In this document: positions 45,799 to 47,814 of the stretch, one piece after another
How the letters are laid out: each line of letters starts with the position of its first letter
How positions within the stretch are numbered: the first letter of the stretch is position 1
Origin: Salmonella phage vB_GS166
Length of the DNA stretch: 47,814 nucleotides
Sequence record: PV090993.1
Reading direction: 5' to 3' (one strand)
The notes under the pieces: model-generated
What the model saw: the letters and a program-made list of their open reading frames with translations, nothing else
The model's database searches: none
Told to the model about the DNA's origin: nothing
Translations under genes and position numbers: made by a program

Positions 45799-46315
45799 GA
45801 TTTTTATGATACCCCAATTCATTCTCGGCTTTACGTTTTGCGGCAACAGCATCTCCAAAACTGGAGAAACAACCTATATAAATCCTACTTCCTCGCTTTC
45901 CGCTTCCAACCCTTACAACCCACTTGCCATGTTTATTTTTATGCACACCTGGTATGCCACTTGTATTGTTTTTCTGCTTTGATGTGTTTCGCATATTTCC
46001 TTTGTGATCTTTTAACTCAAAGTTTATTGCTCTGTTATCAGTCGTAATGTGATTTACGTGATCAACCTCCATTCCTTCCGGTATAGGCCCATAGTGCATT
46101 TCATAGCATATTCTATGAACTTTCAGGTTATAACGTTTTCCGTTTACAGTAAGTGCGGTTTCTAAATATCTGCCACCACTACCCAAAGAGCCAACCTCAT
46201 TACCAGCATTACAAGCATTCCATTGTTTAACTCTTGATTGGTGAATATCTTTTCTTTCTTTCCAGAACAGCTTTCCAGTTTCTGGATTGTATGTAAAGTA
46301 ATCGTGCCAATTCAT
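45788..46315 (-). CDS. HNH homing endonuclease with AP2-like C-terminus
   Basis: HRICYEMHYGPIPEGMEVDHVNHITTDNRAINFELKDHKGNMRN...GIPGVHKNKHGKWVVRV. Confidence 0.88.
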   Translation of the reverse strand: MNWHDYFTYNPETGKLFWKERKDIHQSRVKQWNACNAGNEVGSLGSGGRYLETALTVNGKRYNLKVHRICYEMHYGPIPEGMEVDHVNHITTDNRAINFELKDHKGNMRNTSKQKNNTSGIPGVHKNKHGKWVVRVGSGKRGSRIYIGCFSSFGDAVAAKRKAENELGYHKNHGK

Positions 46316-46323
46316 TCATCACC

Positions 46324-46548
46324 TCAAAACGGAAAGCATCTCGGGCAGTTAGGATCAAAATTGCAGCCGCAATCATTGACAATCATCGTTGGATCTGCAA
46401 ATGCAGCGCCGCATTCATGATCCATATCCATTTCACCCAGCGCATCATCAAGCGTCCTGATCTTATATGCAACTTCAAGCGCTGCCTCTTTATTTAATCC
46501 GGCATCTTCAGCCATTTGCAGACGCTCAAAAAATCCGTCCTGACTCAT
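46324..46548 (-). CDS. hypothetical cysteine-rich small protein
   Basis: 74 aa; NDCGCNFDPNCPRCFPF. Confidence 0.55.
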   Translation of the reverse strand: MSQDGFFERLQMAEDAGLNKEAALEVAYKIRTLDDALGEMDMDHECGAAFADPTMIVNDCGCNFDPNCPRCFPF

Positions 46549-46568
46549 TTCATAAACTCCTTCATAAA

Positions 46569-46670
46569 CTACTTGATAACAACCAGAATAATAGCAAGAC
46601 CAGCAGTGACAAACAAAAGCCCAGCAAGGCCAATTATAACTCCAAATAAAATATCAAGAAATTTCATCAT
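46569..46670 (-). CDS. putative 33-aa membrane microprotein
   Basis: MMKFLDILFGVIIGLAGLLFVTAGLAIILVVIK*. Confidence 0.5.
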   Translation of the reverse strand: MMKFLDILFGVIIGLAGLLFVTAGLAIILVVIK

Positions 46671-46690
46671 TATTATCACCTTTATTTAAA

Positions 46691-46707
46691 GGGAGGCGAA
46701 ACCTCCC
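46691..46707 (-). terminator. hairpin between small leftward genes (weak terminator)
   Basis: GGGAGG-CGAAA-CCTCCC; only a short T-run on the reverse strand. Confidence 0.4.
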
Positions 46708-46716
46708 ATTGATTAA

Positions 46717-46944
46717 TCAGACAGCCTTCCAGCTTTCAATAAACATGCTGTTTTCTTCCAGCAGTTTAATCAATTCTTCGCGCGTATATTTGCGGATTTT
46801 ACTACCTGGATGTGAGCCAACAACAAACACACCTTTACCACTCGTGATTGTTAACTGGTTGATTCCGCAAGATTTATCCATTTTAATGGCGACGCGGTGA
46901 TGTGCATCAACAGTGTGCATGATGTTAGTGACTTTAGCTTTCAT
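46717..46944 (-). CDS. hypothetical protein
   Basis: 75-aa ORF. Confidence 0.6.
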   Translation of the reverse strand: MKAKVTNIMHTVDAHHRVAIKMDKSCGINQLTITSGKGVFVVGSHPGSKIRKYTREELIKLLEENSMFIESWKAV

Positions 46945-46967
46945 TATGCAATCCTCATTCGTTGTCT

Positions 46968-47021
46968 ATGCGCATAATATACCAATCAGAGGCGCATCGG
47001 TTTTAACAAAAAGTGCTATTT
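46968..47021 (-). promoter_or_regulatory. leftward box element
   Basis: reverse strand AAATAGCACTTTTTGTTAAAAC, N18, TATATT; ATGCGC/GCGCAT. Confidence 0.75.
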
Positions 47022-47286
47022 AGTCCAGGAATTCGATTTCGCGCTCGCCAGTTAACGGATCTTTAATCCAGAATCCAAGCGCCTCACCGTAAATACCGCC
47101 ATAGAATCCAAGCGCCGCCAGATCCTCACCTTTAACAAATACCAGATCCCCGCTACGGCTTACGTGAGATACGTTAACGATAACCGGAAAGGTGCGGTTT
47201 TTAAATGCAGGCCGCAGGGCGTAACACCCGTTATTGAGCAAACGTGCTTTGCGTTTCACTGGAATAGGTGCATTGATTAGCGACAT
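47020..47286 (-). CDS. hypothetical protein
   Basis: 88 aa from MSLINAPIPV. Confidence 0.6.
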   Translation of the reverse strand: MSLINAPIPVKRKARLLNNGCYALRPAFKNRTFPVIVNVSHVSRSGDLVFVKGEDLAALGFYGGIYGEALGFWIKDPLTGEREIEFLD

Positions 47287-47299
47287 CTTTATTTCTCCT

Positions 47300-47545
47300 T
47301 CATTGTTGATCGTGTTTAACGGCAATCAGAACATCACATGATTCGTTAATAAATTTTGCCATGCGCTTATCATCACCAGCAGGGATTAGCGCGTTAAACT
47401 CGCGTTTGCTACTGAATACCGTCACTTTATGAAACGATGCGAACTGCATCGACGAGAACTCTACTGTTTGCGTTAAGATCCGCAACCCCATCTTTTTGGC
47501 CCTTAACTGGGCCTTTGCAAGTTCAAAATCCACTTCATTAATCAT
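47300..47545 (-). CDS. hypothetical protein
   Basis: 81-aa ORF. Confidence 0.55.
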   Translation of the reverse strand: MINEVDFELAKAQLRAKKMGLRILTQTVEFSSMQFASFHKVTVFSSKREFNALIPAGDDKRMAKFINESCDVLIAVKHDQQ

Positions 47546-47814
47546 TTCTTGATCTCCTCGGCAATAAACTTCAGGACTTTGCTCAAAAACACTTCATTAT
47601 TGATGGTCGCTGGCAATTCCTCTTTCACTTCTTGCGGCAGGTAAACGTTGCCATGCCAGGTTAAGCAATCGTAGTTGATACGATAAGAGCAAAGCCATTC
47701 GCAATCATTATCAGCCTCCCAAATGCACAATACATCCATATCATTAAATTGCTCAACGCTTAACTCAATGCCACGTTTGCCAGCGAAGTTAGTAGTTGTT
47801 TTTGATACCATCAT
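47542..47814 (-). CDS. hypothetical protein (may continue beyond the window edge)
   Basis: 90-aa ORF open to the window end. Confidence 0.55.
   Translation of the reverse strand: MMVSKTTTNFAGKRGIELSVEQFNDMDVLCIWEADNDCEWLCSYRINYDCLTWHGNVYLPQEVKEELPATINNEVFLSKVLKFIAEEIKK

Noticed and set aside
1-47814. Integrase, excisionase or classical CI/Cro lysogeny region
   Set aside because: No product resembling a tyrosine or serine recombinase was seen; the only HTH protein is the candidate at 34182..34790, so a temperate lifestyle is not supported.
1-47814. CRISPR array, tRNA genes, reverse transcriptase/diversity-generating element
   Set aside because: Looked for regular spaced repeats, CCA-ended cloverleafs and RT motifs; none found. 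The dispersed boxes are single intergenic units, not an array.

Overview
The 47.8-kb window looks like an essentially complete tailed-phage (siphovirus-like) genome from an enterobacterial-type host. I infer the host type only from protein flavour. No integrase, tRNA, rRNA, transposase or CRISPR array was recognised. Layout: (1) a rightward early/accessory region of small ORFans (0.4-7.4 kb) that includes a dNMP-kinase-like gene; (2) a rightward packaging/head/tail module (7.5-27.5 kb): TerS, TerL, DUF1073-type portal, MuF-like protein, DUF2213 protein, two tandem cement-like paralogues, capsid, tail terminator/tube, frameshifted chaperone, tape measure, lambda M/L/K/I/J-like proteins; (3) a recombination module (PD-(D/E)XK nuclease, ERF, SSB); (4) an antisense S74 tail-fibre gene; (5) replication/regulation genes (primase, HTH protein, helicase, VRR-NUC nuclease, adenine methylase, metallophosphoesterase, DUF3987 protein); (6) a lysis cassette with a predicted one-component spanin; (7) leftward early genes with two of the three HNH cassettes. 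The strongest non-genic signal is an approximately 22-bp dyad 'box' (consensus AAATAGCAC-TTTTT-GYTAAAAC, core TAGCA-N5-TGYTA) that I find 18 times on both strands. Fourteen copies share one design: the box overlaps or abuts the preceding stop codon, then 17-18 nt, then a -10-like hexamer. In most of these a copy-specific inverted repeat encloses or abuts the -10. Other copies lie over or downstream of ordinary sigma70-like promoters, as operators do. This resembles in principle the promoter/stem-loop shuffling elements (PeSLs) of T4-like phages, but the sequence is different and an HTH-regulator candidate is flanked by two boxes. Other notable signals: a textbook -1 frameshift site (A-AAA-AAC plus an 8-bp stem 7 nt downstream), about 10 intrinsic-terminator hairpins inside the late gene block, terminator/promoter composites, and a methyltransferase-like gene that seems to lack its catalytic middle. 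All calls were made by eye; no database search or folding program was run.
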